Positions 1 to 10,116 of a DNA stretch of 64,000 nucleotides are shown here, one piece after another. How positions within the stretch are numbered: the first letter of the stretch is position 1; every line of letters begins with the position of its first letter. The DNA lies in the IMG/VR virus record IMGVR_UViG_3300012000_000002, positions 1-64,000 of that record; one strand, 5' to 3'. The stretch comes from a virus. The translations under genes were made by a program, and so were the position numbers. Below the pieces are notes generated by a model. That model saw only the letters and a list, made by a program, of their open reading frames with translations, was not told the DNA's origin and searched no databases.

Positions 1-612
1 AAAGCCGATGACATTATCGCATATCTTGTAAAACGTAAGTTTCAAACCAAAGATAGCACCAAGATTGTTATTAGCAGCGACAAAGACTTTTATCAGTTAT
101 TGGAAGATAAAACAGTAAGAATATTTGATCCAGCCAAAAAGATTCTTATTGATTCTGCTTATGTGTTAGAAAAGTTTAATGTGTCTGCTCGCAACATTAC
201 TTTGGCTCGATCTGTTATTGGAGATGTTAGCGATAACTTAAACGGTGTTCCCGGTGTTGGGTTTAAAACCCTTGCAAGTCGTTTTAAAGATTTTGCAAGA
301 GAAGATGTTGACTTAGACCAAGCTTGGCTCATGGAAGCGGCTAACAACGAAATAAAAAGCAGTAAAAAGGCACCAAAATGTTTTGCTGACATTGTTAGTC
401 ATTCATCTATTGTGGCAAGGAACTGGCAGTTAATGTATTTGGATACTTCTTGTTTGGCGGCAAACCAAATTGCCAAGGTAGATTACAGAGTTGAAAATTT
501 TCAACCTGTGGCCGACAAACTTAACTTTATAAAAACCTTTACAGCAGCCGACATTCCCTTAACAAATGATTTAGATTTCACGTTTTCTATGGCAAAAACG
601 TTAATCAGATAG
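1..612 (+). CDS. 5'-3' exonuclease (Pol I N-terminal / T4 RNase H-like flap nuclease), 5'-truncated by the window
   Basis: Frame 1 is open from base 1 and reads ADDIIAYL...ISSDKDFYQLL...GDVSDNLNGVPGVGFK, which are the acidic motifs and H3TH motif of FEN/5'-3' exonucleases. Confidence 0.9.
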   Translation, partial: KADDIIAYLVKRKFQTKDSTKIVISSDKDFYQLLEDKTVRIFDPAKKILIDSAYVLEKFNVSARNITLARSVIGDVSDNLNGVPGVGFKTLASRFKDFAREDVDLDQAWLMEAANNEIKSSKKAPKCFADIVSHSSIVARNWQLMYLDTSCLAANQIAKVDYRVENFQPVADKLNFIKTFTAADIPLTNDLDFTFSMAKTLIR

Positions 613-740
613 TTTGGGGCAACCTTCTAAGACGGTGATAGTTACAACTTAACCTGTAACGTTGTGAACCGTTTTATTTTTCGTTTTTGGGATGCTAAAC
701 TAACTTTAGTCTTATTCAAGTGAATTGGAGCAAAAACAAT

Positions 741-2180
741 ATGTCTTCGACAAAAACAAACGGTGTATCAGGATTTGGTAACCTTGGCAAGAGTTTTCAA
801 GAAAAGGTGTTACAAGCACTTCTAACAGATCGTCAATGGGCAACTCAGTTCATTGAAGTGTTTTCTGTAGATGAATGTCTTGAGCCTGTATATCTCAAGC
901 TTATTGCCAACAAGTTTATCAACTACTACAACAGCTACAAAGAGTTTCCCACAATGGATTTGCTCATTACCATCATTAAAGATGAATTGAGCAGTAACTC
1001 TGATCTTGTTCTTCGTGAACAATGTCATGGCTTTCTTCAAAAGGTTATTCGCAGCGAGGAAATGAACGATCTTCCTTGGGTAAAGGAAAAAGCTTTTACC
1101 TTCTGCCGTCAGCAACTGCTTAAGAAGGCTCTTTCTGAATCGGTTGATATCATTCTTACCGACAAGTATGAAACCGTTGTTGATATCATGAAAACAGCTA
1201 TTGCTGCTGGTGTAGCGTCTTCTCCCGGTCATGACTACAACAACGATATTGATGCACGTTATTCAGTAACATTCCGTCATCCAATTGCTACTGGCATTGC
1301 AGAACTAGATGAAAAGAAAGTTATGGCTGGAGGATTGGGGGCTGGAGAAATCGGAATTGTTGTAGCTCCATCCGGTGTTGGTAAATCTCATCTTCTTACC
1401 CATTTTGGTTCTCAAGCTCTTCTTAAGGGCAAGAACGTTTATCACTACACAATGGAACTTAATGAACGCTATGTAGGCATTCGTTATGATTCACACCTAA
1501 CAGAAATTAACAGCAGCGATTGTATTGATGCAAAAGATATCATCAAAGACTTTTTTGAAGCAAACAAAGACCATCTTGGCAGACTTATCATTAAAGAATT
1601 TCCAGCACGTTCAATTACTTGCAACACCATTAAAGCTCATATTGAGAAAATGAGTTACAAGGGTATCAAGCCCGATCTTGTCATTATTGACTATGCTGGT
1701 ATTATTCGTTCAACAGAACGTTACGATCTTCCTCGTCTTGAGATGCAATACGTAATTCAAGAAATTCGTAAAATGGCTAAAGAGCTTGATTGTCCGGTAT
1801 GGACAGCTTTGCAATCAAACAAAGATGGTGCAAAGAGTGATATTGTTGATCTTACAAACATGGCAGAATCATATGGTCAAGCAGCAGAAGCAGATTTCGT
1901 ACTTGGTCTTCAACGATTGAGCACACAAAAGGCAACAGGTCTTGGAACATTGTTTGTAGCCAAGAACCGATTTGGGATTGATGGCTTGCAGTTTAAGGTT
2001 CATGTTGATACCGCCCGCAGCAAGCTTCGTGTTCTTACCGCTGATGAAGTTGAAGGTTTGCAACTTGATATGGAAGCAGAAAAAGAACGCATTCAAGATG
2101 ACACGGTAAGTCGATTTAAAGAAGCAATCAAGAAAAGCAAGCAAAAGTTTCAAATGACGAAACTTACCGATCATCAATAA
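741..2180 (+). CDS. DnaB/T4 gp41-like replicative helicase
   Basis: Walker A APSGVGKS, YTMEL, LVIIDYA (Walker B), WTALQSN, VAKNRFG; GGAG SD before ATG 741. Confidence 0.92.
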   Translation: MSSTKTNGVSGFGNLGKSFQEKVLQALLTDRQWATQFIEVFSVDECLEPVYLKLIANKFINYYNSYKEFPTMDLLITIIKDELSSNSDLVLREQCHGFLQKVIRSEEMNDLPWVKEKAFTFCRQQLLKKALSESVDIILTDKYETVVDIMKTAIAAGVASSPGHDYNNDIDARYSVTFRHPIATGIAELDEKKVMAGGLGAGEIGIVVAPSGVGKSHLLTHFGSQALLKGKNVYHYTMELNERYVGIRYDSHLTEINSSDCIDAKDIIKDFFEANKDHLGRLIIKEFPARSITCNTIKAHIEKMSYKGIKPDLVIIDYAGIIRSTERYDLPRLEMQYVIQEIRKMAKELDCPVWTALQSNKDGAKSDIVDLTNMAESYGQAAEADFVLGLQRLSTQKATGLGTLFVAKNRFGIDGLQFKVHVDTARSKLRVLTADEVEGLQLDMEAEKERIQDDTVSRFKEAIKKSKQKFQMTKLTDHQ

Positions 2181-2195
2181 TAGGAGATACATAAC

Positions 2196-3158
2196 ATGTT
2201 GTTAGATGGACGCATAACATATAAGCCATTTGCTTATGATAAAGCACACGATTATTGGCTCAAGCAACAGCAAGCTCATTGGCTTCCTTCAGAAGTTCAA
2301 ATGGCTTCTGATATTCAAGATTGGGCTGAGAACCTAACAGCAGAAGAAAAGCAAGTTGTTGGTGGTGTATTAAAAGGCTTTATTCAAACCGAGCTTGTTG
2401 TAAACGATTACTGGACAACAAAAATCGCTAAGTGGTTTCCTCACCCAGAAATTGTTATGATGGGCACAGCTTTTGGTAACATGGAAACTGTTCACACAAT
2501 CGGTTATGCGTACCTCAATGACTCACTTGGTTTAACTGAATATGACGCATTTCTTCAAGAGCCAACAGCCAAGGCAAAAATTGATCGTTTGGTTGAAGTA
2601 AAAGGAGATGACAAACATGATATCGCCCGTTCGCTTGCTATCTTTTCTGGTTTTACAGAAGGAGTATCTTTGTTTTCCTCTTTTGCAATATTGTTCAATT
2701 TCTCCCGCTTTAACAAGCTTAAGGGAGTGGGACAGATTATCTCTTGGTCAGTTAGAGACGAATCTTTGCACAGCGAAGCAGGATGTTGGTTGTTCCGTGA
2801 GTTCATTAAAGAATACCCAGAAGTGTGGACAGATGAAGTAAAGAAATCTGTATATCAAGCCGCAAGAGATACTATAGAACTTGAAGATGATTTCATTGAC
2901 AAAGTTTTTCAAAACTGTAAGATTGAGGGTATTGATTCACATGACATAAAACAGTTTATTCGATATCGAGCAAACACCAAACTTGGCGAGCTTGGTCTTA
3001 AAATGAATTGGAAGAATATCGATCAAGACGCTGTAAAGCGTATGTCATGGTTTGATCTTATGACTGCTGGAGTTGAACACACTGATTTCTTTGCACAAAA
3101 GGTTACAAGCTACTCCAAAGGTCATGTTGATTTTTCAAATATCTGGGAAGGAAAATGA
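2196..3158 (+). CDS. nrdB: Class I ribonucleotide reductase beta subunit
   Basis: QAHWLPSEV, ETVHTIGY (radical Tyr), EGVSLFSSF, RDESLH, DFF; AGGAG SD. Confidence 0.96.
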   Translation: MLLDGRITYKPFAYDKAHDYWLKQQQAHWLPSEVQMASDIQDWAENLTAEEKQVVGGVLKGFIQTELVVNDYWTTKIAKWFPHPEIVMMGTAFGNMETVHTIGYAYLNDSLGLTEYDAFLQEPTAKAKIDRLVEVKGDDKHDIARSLAIFSGFTEGVSLFSSFAILFNFSRFNKLKGVGQIISWSVRDESLHSEAGCWLFREFIKEYPEVWTDEVKKSVYQAARDTIELEDDFIDKVFQNCKIEGIDSHDIKQFIRYRANTKLGELGLKMNWKNIDQDAVKRMSWFDLMTAGVEHTDFFAQKVTSYSKGHVDFSNIWEGK

Positions 3159-4876
3159 ATATGTCTACCGCAACAGAACTACAAAAACTAAAAGCAGATA
3201 ACGAAGCACCAGAATGGCTTACAGAAGAAAGCTATAGAATGCTTCGTGGTACATATCTTCTTAAAGATGAAACACCTCGTCAAATGTGGCAACGTGTTTC
3301 TAACTCTTCTGCACGATATCTTAACCGTATGGATTTAGCTCCAAAGTTTTTCGATCTTATGTGGAAGAACTGGCTAGGTCTTGCTACACCAGTTGCTGCC
3401 AACACAGGAACAACAAGAGGACTTCCCATTTCATGCTTTTCTGTTTATGTCCCAGATTCTATTGACGGCATTATGAGTTCTATGCATGAGCTGGCATCAA
3501 TGACCAAGAATGGTGGTGGTGTTGGTGTACATTGGAATGGTGTACGTCCACAAGGAGCTAACATTCGTGATAATGGAAAGTCAGAAGGTGTTGTTCCATT
3601 TATCAAGATTCAAGACAGCACAACCATTGGTGTATCTCAAGGTGGTGTTCGCAGAGGAGCTTCAGCAGCATATCTTCCAGTAGATCATGGTGACTTCTGG
3701 CAATTCATTCGTATGCGTAGACCAGAAGGAGATCAAAATCGTCAATGCTTAAACACACATCATGGCATTTGCATTACAGATGATTTTATTGCAAGAGCAA
3801 AAGCTGGAGATAGAGAAGCAAGAGAAAAGTGGCAAGAAATTCTAAAAGCCAGAATGGAAACAGGTGAACCATATCTTTTCTTTACCGATAACGTTGCACG
3901 TAATCGTCCCGATTGCTACAAAGAGCGTAATCTAGATGTACACGGATCAAACATCTGTACAGAGATTTTCCTTCACACAGATAAGGATCATAGCTTTGTT
4001 TGTTGCCTTTCTTCCATGAACCTTGCTCGTTGGGATGAATGGAAAGATACAGATGCAGTAGAGCTTGCTACATGGTTCCTTGACGGTATTCTTTCAGAGT
4101 TTATCGATAAAGCTTCTAAAATTCCCGGCTTTGAAAGAGCAGTACGTTCAGCAGAAAAAGGAAGAGCTATCGGTCTTGGAGTTCTTGGATTTCACACATA
4201 CCTTCAAGAACACATGATTCCAGTTGATTCATTTGAAGCGTTTCGTATTAACGGTCAAATGTTTTCTGGTATGCACAAAAAGGCTTTTAAAGCCTCTACA
4301 GAGCTCGCAAAACAATATGGTGAACCAGAGTGGTGTGTTGGTTCTGGAAGGCGTAATAGCCACCTTATTGCTCTTGCACCAACCGTTTCTAACTCACTTA
4401 TCTCGGGCAACGTTTCTCCAAGCATCGAACCTTGGGCCGCAAACGTGTTCGTTCAAAAAAGCGCAAAAGGAACCATTATTCAACAAAACAAAACCCTTGT
4501 TGCTCTTTTAGAAAAGAAAAACAAGAACACAGACGAAGTATGGAAAAGCATTGAACGTGAGAATGGTTCAGTTCAACATTTAGATTTTCTAACCGCAGAA
4601 GAGAAGGAAGTATTTTTGACTGCAAGAGAGCTTAACCAATTTACCTTGATTAAACTTGCAGGGCAACGCCAACGTTGGATCGATCAAGGCCAAAGCTTGA
4701 ATCTATTCTTTCCAGAAAACGCTGATCCAAAATACATTCATGAAGTTCATTTAATGGCACATGCTGAAGGATTGAATTCATTGTATTATCTACGCACCAG
4801 TTCTGTTATTAGAGGCGATAGTGGAAGCAGAGAATACAAGCGAGAAAGCACTGAATGTAAAGCTTGTGAAGGCTGA
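3155..4876 (+). CDS. nrdA: Class I ribonucleotide reductase alpha subunit (no ATP cone)
   Basis: ATPVAAN, PISCF, QGGVRRGA, GSNICTEI, LAPTVSNS, DQGQSLN, LYYLR, C-terminal CKAC. Confidence 0.96.
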   Translation: MNMSTATELQKLKADNEAPEWLTEESYRMLRGTYLLKDETPRQMWQRVSNSSARYLNRMDLAPKFFDLMWKNWLGLATPVAANTGTTRGLPISCFSVYVPDSIDGIMSSMHELASMTKNGGGVGVHWNGVRPQGANIRDNGKSEGVVPFIKIQDSTTIGVSQGGVRRGASAAYLPVDHGDFWQFIRMRRPEGDQNRQCLNTHHGICITDDFIARAKAGDREAREKWQEILKARMETGEPYLFFTDNVARNRPDCYKERNLDVHGSNICTEIFLHTDKDHSFVCCLSSMNLARWDEWKDTDAVELATWFLDGILSEFIDKASKIPGFERAVRSAEKGRAIGLGVLGFHTYLQEHMIPVDSFEAFRINGQMFSGMHKKAFKASTELAKQYGEPEWCVGSGRRNSHLIALAPTVSNSLISGNVSPSIEPWAANVFVQKSAKGTIIQQNKTLVALLEKKNKNTDEVWKSIERENGSVQHLDFLTAEEKEVFLTARELNQFTLIKLAGQRQRWIDQGQSLNLFFPENADPKYIHEVHLMAHAEGLNSLYYLRTSSVIRGDSGSREYKRESTECKACEG

Positions 4877-4893
4877 TACACTATTTAGTGTGT

Positions 4894-5550
4894 ATGAGCT
4901 TTATAAACAAAATTAGATTTGGCAACCTTTCCTTAAAGGAAAAAGAAATCTCGTTAAAGGATGACGAAGTAAGTCGCAAGCTACAAAAGCTTGGCTTATA
5001 TGAAGCGTTGTTTGAGATGCCGCCACCAGAAAACTCTTCAGATGAAACCAAATCTGATTTAAAACTGTTAAGTGAGTTAACTTCTAATGTTTCAGATGTA
5101 ACATTAGAGTTTTGCAAAAGTGCTGAAAAAGATAGCGTTCAATTGTTTGTAAATCTTCTTAAAAGGCATGGAATCACCGAGATCACAAAAAATCATTTAG
5201 AAAAAGTGTTAGATCAAGCTGAACCTTTGCTGTTTAGACTTAAAGATCATTATAATCGTGCAAGACCAAATCAAGTAGCTTACTACTACAACATTGATCT
5301 AGCTGTTCCTATTGATACTACAAACGCAAATCATCCTGCGTATCCTGCTGGACATTCTTATGAAGGTTATATTCTAGCAAACTTACTTGCAGAGAAATAC
5401 CCAACGCATAAAGAAAGTTTGCTTAAGTTGGGTAAGAACGTAGGATTATCTAGAATCGTTTTAGGACTTCATTATAAATCCGATCACGAATTCGGTCGTT
5501 ATTTGGGGAAGTTATTGATTGACAATCAATTGATATCACTAACAGTGTAA
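4894..5550 (+). CDS. PAP2/vanadium-haloperoxidase superfamily phosphatase
   Basis: KxxYNRARP, HPAYPAGHS and SRIVLGLHYKSD are the three PAP2 motifs. Confidence 0.85.
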   Translation: MSFINKIRFGNLSLKEKEISLKDDEVSRKLQKLGLYEALFEMPPPENSSDETKSDLKLLSELTSNVSDVTLEFCKSAEKDSVQLFVNLLKRHGITEITKNHLEKVLDQAEPLLFRLKDHYNRARPNQVAYYYNIDLAVPIDTTNANHPAYPAGHSYEGYILANLLAEKYPTHKESLLKLGKNVGLSRIVLGLHYKSDHEFGRYLGKLLIDNQLISLTV

Positions 5551-5577
5551 AATTTACATAGTTAGAGTTAGGTTGAA

Positions 5578-6192
5578 ATGAAAACAAAGCTTTTTGATTA
5601 TATCTTTGAAAACACACACGAACTTGAAGAAGCTATGGGAATAAGCACAGGTGGTGCAAGTTTAGCTTCTTCTGGTCAAATCGGTGGTGGTATGCAACTT
5701 CCTCTTGGAATGAAACCGGGACAAAAGGTAAAGAAACGCCGCAAAGGAAAAGTTATTTCAGCTTCTCCAGCGGTTCATAATCCCGATGCTTTGGCGTTGC
5801 AAGAAATGCCTCATGTGGCGTATGATGATTACGAGCCAAAAGATTTTGAAGTAGAAAAGCTTGATATTTCTCCAGAGGAAAAAAGAAAGCTTATGCTAGC
5901 GTTTCGTGGTAATGGTGTTCTTTGTCATGGTCCAGATGGTGAATGGATGGTATGCACCTTGGATGATGTACGCAAAGCAACAAAACAAGAGATTAATGAT
6001 GAAAGCTTTCCTCGTTTAGATGTTACTTTAGAATACGAGCATGACATACAAGAAAGCTTTGGAGCAATGCATAAACCGGATTTCAAGGGACCAGCTATGC
6101 CGGGACTATGGAAAGGTTTAGAAGATCCAGAAGAACCTGTAAAAACAGGTTCACCAGAGCTTGATAAGGATATCGAAGACTACTCTGAATAG
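5578..6192 (+). CDS. Hypothetical protein, probable head-internal/late protein
   Basis: 204-aa ORF; leader MKTKLFDYIFE; TAGTTA upstream. Confidence 0.6.
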   Translation: MKTKLFDYIFENTHELEEAMGISTGGASLASSGQIGGGMQLPLGMKPGQKVKKRRKGKVISASPAVHNPDALALQEMPHVAYDDYEPKDFEVEKLDISPEEKRKLMLAFRGNGVLCHGPDGEWMVCTLDDVRKATKQEINDESFPRLDVTLEYEHDIQESFGAMHKPDFKGPAMPGLWKGLEDPEEPVKTGSPELDKDIEDYSE

Positions 6193-7025
6193 CTTGCAGG
6201 CCCACCGTACAGTCTACGAAAAAACTTAGATCCTGCCATTTCAATCAGCCGAGCCGCATCTTTTTCTGTGAACTTTGGATATTTTTCAACTAAAAGCCGA
6301 ACCAGTTTATTACCGTTGTCAAACGTTTCTTGGATTTTTGTGTCATGAGACGTTGCTTTATAAGCCCAAAGCCAACCATAAGATGCTGGGTTTAGTTTAC
6401 GCTCTTGCAAATAATCAAGAAATACTTGCTCGTCCTGCACATCAATGCTTTCGTCTGAAAGTTGCTCGACATATTGATTTAAATGATGCGCTGCCGGACC
6501 CTCAAACACACGATCAAGTAAATGCATGGCGAGCCAATTGCCAAGCCATTTACGCTGGTATACACCCTTGTCTGATAATTCATACATTTTCTGCCAAACA
6601 AATTGACTTGCTGGTTTAAGAGAATCGTCGCTCATTAACCATTCACCTGTTTCATACATAACCATTTGATAAGCTAACGGACCAAAGCTTGCAACACCGG
6701 CAGATTTGTTTACACTCCACAAATCATCTTGGGCATGAGAGTAATCAATCATGCCAGCTATAGCTCGTCGAGCAATACGTTTTGCTATTTCGTCTTCTGT
6801 TGCTGGATAATCTTCTAGACGGACGTTTAGATTCCAACCGCTTTCTTCCAACGTTTTTAGAACACTAAACACTCTATCCGTTGAAACCAAAACAATGTTG
6901 TGTTCATTTCGGTTGCTGAGTAAATTTTGATAATGATCTTTGCTTATAGCTGCAACTCCTTTATCAAGAGCTTCTGTTGCTGTACGGGCTCCTTCATTGA
7001 TGTATATGATTGGATATAGTTTCAT
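6180..7025 (-). CDS. GNAT-like paralog A
   Basis: Core SAGVASFGPLAYQMVM...WLMSDDSLKPASQFVWQKM; leader MKLYPIIYINE. Confidence 0.55.
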   Translation of the reverse strand: MKLYPIIYINEGARTATEALDKGVAAISKDHYQNLLSNRNEHNIVLVSTDRVFSVLKTLEESGWNLNVRLEDYPATEDEIAKRIARRAIAGMIDYSHAQDDLWSVNKSAGVASFGPLAYQMVMYETGEWLMSDDSLKPASQFVWQKMYELSDKGVYQRKWLGNWLAMHLLDRVFEGPAAHHLNQYVEQLSDESIDVQDEQVFLDYLQERKLNPASYGWLWAYKATSHDTKIQETFDNGNKLVRLLVEKYPKFTEKDAARLIEMAGSKFFRRLYGGPASYSE

Positions 7026-7030
7026 AATTC

Positions 7031-7804
7031 TTACTCCGAATAACTTGCTTCTGAATCATACATTTTATCCCAAAAAGCTTTTGCTGCTTTTGCGATTGTT
7101 TCTACTATTGTTTCGGTTGAATACTCGTTTTCTTGTGCTATATTTTCAATTGTTTCTTTGCCTTTAACATACAAAGGTTTTACGTTTATAGGAGAAGAAA
7201 GGTTGTAAGCCCAAAGAAATCCATAGTCTTCTGGTTTTAAACCATGCACTTCCAACCAATCAAAAAAATCTTCTTCATTTTCGTAGCCAACGTTGTTGTC
7301 GGTGACATCTTGAATATATTTTTCTAAATCTTGTTCTATATCCGCTCGATTAACTAGAAGATCAAAGTTCCAATCTGCAAGCCATTTACGTTCGTAAATT
7401 CCTTTGTTTGAAAACTCATACATTTTCTTCCAAACGTGTTTGCTCGCAGGTTTAAGAGAAGTATCACTCATTAACCAATTACGGTTGCCGATATGTTGCA
7501 TAACGATTTGATAAGCTAATGGGCCATAGTCTAAAATACCAGCACTTGCATTTACCTTATATAAATCGAAATCTTCATTATCGAAATCAATTAAACCAAC
7601 AATTCCGTCTTTGTTGGATATGATATCTACAACTTGTGATAAGTCGTGGCCCAAAGCAAACGCATTGGTTAATGTTTTTACATTAAACAATACTATGGTA
7701 TCGCCCCACATATTTGCGCTTATAACAGCAACACCTTCCGAAGTAGCTTGAGCGGGGGTTTTTGCTGCTTCGTTTATGTATAATAGCGGATATAATTTCA
7801 TCAT
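7031..7804 (-). CDS. GNAT-like paralog B
   Basis: Core SAGILDYGPLAYQIVM...WLMSDTSLKPASKHVWKKM; leader MMKLYPLLYINE. Confidence 0.55.
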   Translation of the reverse strand: MMKLYPLLYINEAAKTPAQATSEGVAVISANMWGDTIVLFNVKTLTNAFALGHDLSQVVDIISNKDGIVGLIDFDNEDFDLYKVNASAGILDYGPLAYQIVMQHIGNRNWLMSDTSLKPASKHVWKKMYEFSNKGIYERKWLADWNFDLLVNRADIEQDLEKYIQDVTDNNVGYENEEDFFDWLEVHGLKPEDYGFLWAYNLSSPINVKPLYVKGKETIENIAQENEYSTETIVETIAKAAKAFWDKMYDSEASYSE

Positions 7805-8616
7805 TGTTTCCTATGCCTTTTATATAACCGGTCAAATTGCTTGCCATAAGCACCCATTAACACATTGGTAATATCTAGTTTATTTACGTTAAAGTTATCG
7901 GCCAATTCTTCGATAGCTGCATCACCAGCTTCGATCAGTTTCGATACGTCTTTTGATCGTCCACCAGAACGACGATAAGCATAAAACGGTCCAAGTTTTT
8001 CGTTGTTTTCAGAGTTTAGCTTTTGAACAAAGTCAACATCGAATTCTGTTTCTGTTATCGGAGTTTCGTTTTCAATTTTATTCAACACATTCCGTATGTT
8101 TTTTTGCTCAAACATATCTGACACATTCCAACTGGTTATAAGTTCATCTGAACCCCAGTTTCCAATCCAGCTATGTTCAACATCAGAACGAGTATACATT
8201 ACGTTCCAAACTCTACGTGAATCTGGAGTAAGAGTAAAATCAGAACGTATATAATTGGGATATATTGAAGCCATTACCATTTCGTATATTAAAGGCCCAT
8301 ATTTTTGTACTGCGGCAGAAGTAAGAACCATCCAAAGATCGTCTCTTTTTGGCGTATCTTTTCGTGTAGCCATTACAGAACCAACAATTACACGGTTTCC
8401 AAAATACGTTTCTAACCAATCAAGAACTTCTTCCTTTGAATTCAATCTGTCTTGATGTTTTGAAAAGTATGACTCAGTTGCTTGTATACAACGCTCGGGA
8501 CTGAACAATATAAAAACTAGTTCTTCGCTGCTTTTCCAAATGTATAAACCTAAACCAGCTTTTAAAGCTTCTTTAGAGGTTTTAGCAGCTTCGTATAATA
8601 TGTTGGTTAGTTTCAT
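7801..8616 (-). CDS. GNAT-like paralog C
   Basis: Core SAAVQKYGPLIYEMVM...IRSDFTLTPDSRRVWNVM; start placed at MKLTNILYE by homology to siblings. Confidence 0.55.
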   Translation of the reverse strand: MKLTNILYEAAKTSKEALKAGLGLYIWKSSEELVFILFSPERCIQATESYFSKHQDRLNSKEEVLDWLETYFGNRVIVGSVMATRKDTPKRDDLWMVLTSAAVQKYGPLIYEMVMASIYPNYIRSDFTLTPDSRRVWNVMYTRSDVEHSWIGNWGSDELITSWNVSDMFEQKNIRNVLNKIENETPITETEFDVDFVQKLNSENNEKLGPFYAYRRSGGRSKDVSKLIEAGDAAIEELADNFNVNKLDITNVLMGAYGKQFDRLYKRHRKQ

Positions 8617-8617
8617 T

Positions 8618-9403
8618 TTAATCACTTGCGCTTGAGCCATACAAACGGTCGAATAGTTTTGCGCCTGCATTTTTCAACAATTGTTTTGCATCTTTTTCGT
8701 TGATATTATATTCATCGCCTAAAACTTTTATAATATTTTCACCACTGTTAAACATATCAACAATTAATGGATCGTGAGATGTTTTGCTATAACACCAAAA
8801 GTTTCCAACGATATGCGGTTCAATGTTCGTGTTTGTTTTCAACCAATCCAAAAATGCTTCTTCGGTTGGTGCAATTCGTTCTCTTTCAAGTAAATCGATA
8901 TAATCATAAAATGTGGTGCGAGGCAAGTTTTTAGGAATTCTTTCATATATTTCTCTGTATGAATATAACCCAAGGAACTTGCGTTCGTAAACTCCTCGTT
9001 CAGAAAGTTCAAACATTTTTTCCCAAACTCTTTGGCTGGCTGGTTTTAAACTTGTGTCGCTTGCAAGCCAAGCTGGGCTAATCACATACATCACAATTTG
9101 ATAAGCCAAAGGGCCAAAAGAGCTAACAGCACCGCTGCTGCTAATTTGAAACAAATCATCAAATCTTTGATTTTTCAAATAAGCAATAGTGCCCACAAGA
9201 GCTCTGTTGGCTGCACTGCGGGATGCATCAGTTGGTTTTGAATTTCTGGGTCGAGCAGCTTTTAAAAGTCGCTCGTTGTCGAACAAAGTTATGTGATTGA
9301 AATATGTGTCTTTTGGACCTCTTGTTATAACAGCCGATACGCCTTTTGATAAAGCTTCTTCTGCCGTTCTTGCCCCTTCGTATACAATTGGATATAGTTT
9401 CAT
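8618..9403 (-). CDS. GNAT-like paralog D
   Basis: Core SGAVSSFGPLAYQIVM...WLASDTSLKPASQRVWEKM; start placed at MKLYPIVYE. Confidence 0.55.
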   Translation of the reverse strand: MKLYPIVYEGARTAEEALSKGVSAVITRGPKDTYFNHITLFDNERLLKAARPRNSKPTDASRSAANRALVGTIAYLKNQRFDDLFQISSSGAVSSFGPLAYQIVMYVISPAWLASDTSLKPASQRVWEKMFELSERGVYERKFLGLYSYREIYERIPKNLPRTTFYDYIDLLERERIAPTEEAFLDWLKTNTNIEPHIVGNFWCYSKTSHDPLIVDMFNSGENIIKVLGDEYNINEKDAKQLLKNAGAKLFDRLYGSSASD

Positions 9404-9759
9404 AGTTTCCTTATAACTAGTTTTTCGTTGCCTTTTAAACCCATATCTTTGCACCAACCACCTCTTACCTCAACAACGTATTTGACGGGCTTAGAAAAGC
9501 TTCTAGAGGCCGTAGACATAGCTTCTAAATTCAGTATCTCAACAAGACGGTTGTGCTTGTCAAAACCCATGCAGTCAATATCAAAAGGAACGGTATGCAT
9601 CCAATAAGATTGTGGATGTTCATGTTCATGAACAAAAAGCATTCCATAATAATCGTTGGGAGGTTGATTCCATCCCATAAAGCCTTTGGAACGTAAATGT
9701 GGTTTGTTTAAAATCTTTAATGCTAGTGGAACATAACCAATAGAAGAGAAGCAATACAT
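9400..9759 (-). CDS. DUF192 (UPF0127) family protein
   Basis: GMLFV...YWMHTVPFDID..FD....V.I...KYVVEV..GW pattern; start placed 5 nt after TATATA. Confidence 0.8.
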   Translation of the reverse strand: MYCFSSIGYVPLALKILNKPHLRSKGFMGWNQPPNDYYGMLFVHEHEHPQSYWMHTVPFDIDCMGFDKHNRLVEILNLEAMSTASRSFSKPVKYVVEVRGGWCKDMGLKGNEKLVIRKL

Positions 9760-9783
9760 AACCATATATATTTCTTTCAAATC

Positions 9784-10116
9784 ATGTTCAACTTTTTCAA
9801 ACGCAATAAACCTCAAGCAAAAACCAAGTCAATCCAACAACAACTTTTAGAGTTGCCTCTTGGAAGCTTTGTTGTTTTATCATTAAACCCTGATATATGC
9901 GCTCAACATATGTTGAAAGGCACCAATAGGTTTGATGAAGTTGTTATATCAACCAACAAGCTTAAAGGATTGGTTAAAGCTGTTTATGTGGCTGATGTAA
10001 CAAACTATGTTTATGTAGAAGTTATTGGATTGGTTGTTAATGATGGAGTTGCAACACGAAAAGAATATGTCGTGATGCAAGGAGAAATATTGTCAATCAA
10101 AGTATGCGACGTTTGA
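9784..10116 (+). CDS. Hypothetical protein
   Basis: 110-aa ORF filling the gap between minus-strand genes. Confidence 0.55.
   Translation: MFNFFKRNKPQAKTKSIQQQLLELPLGSFVVLSLNPDICAQHMLKGTNRFDEVVISTNKLKGLVKAVYVADVTNYVYVEVIGLVVNDGVATRKEYVVMQGEILSIKVCDV

Noticed and set aside
641-660. Small hairpin GTTACA/TGTAAC after the exonuclease gene
   Set aside because: A 6-bp stem with no adjacent U-tract is too weak to call
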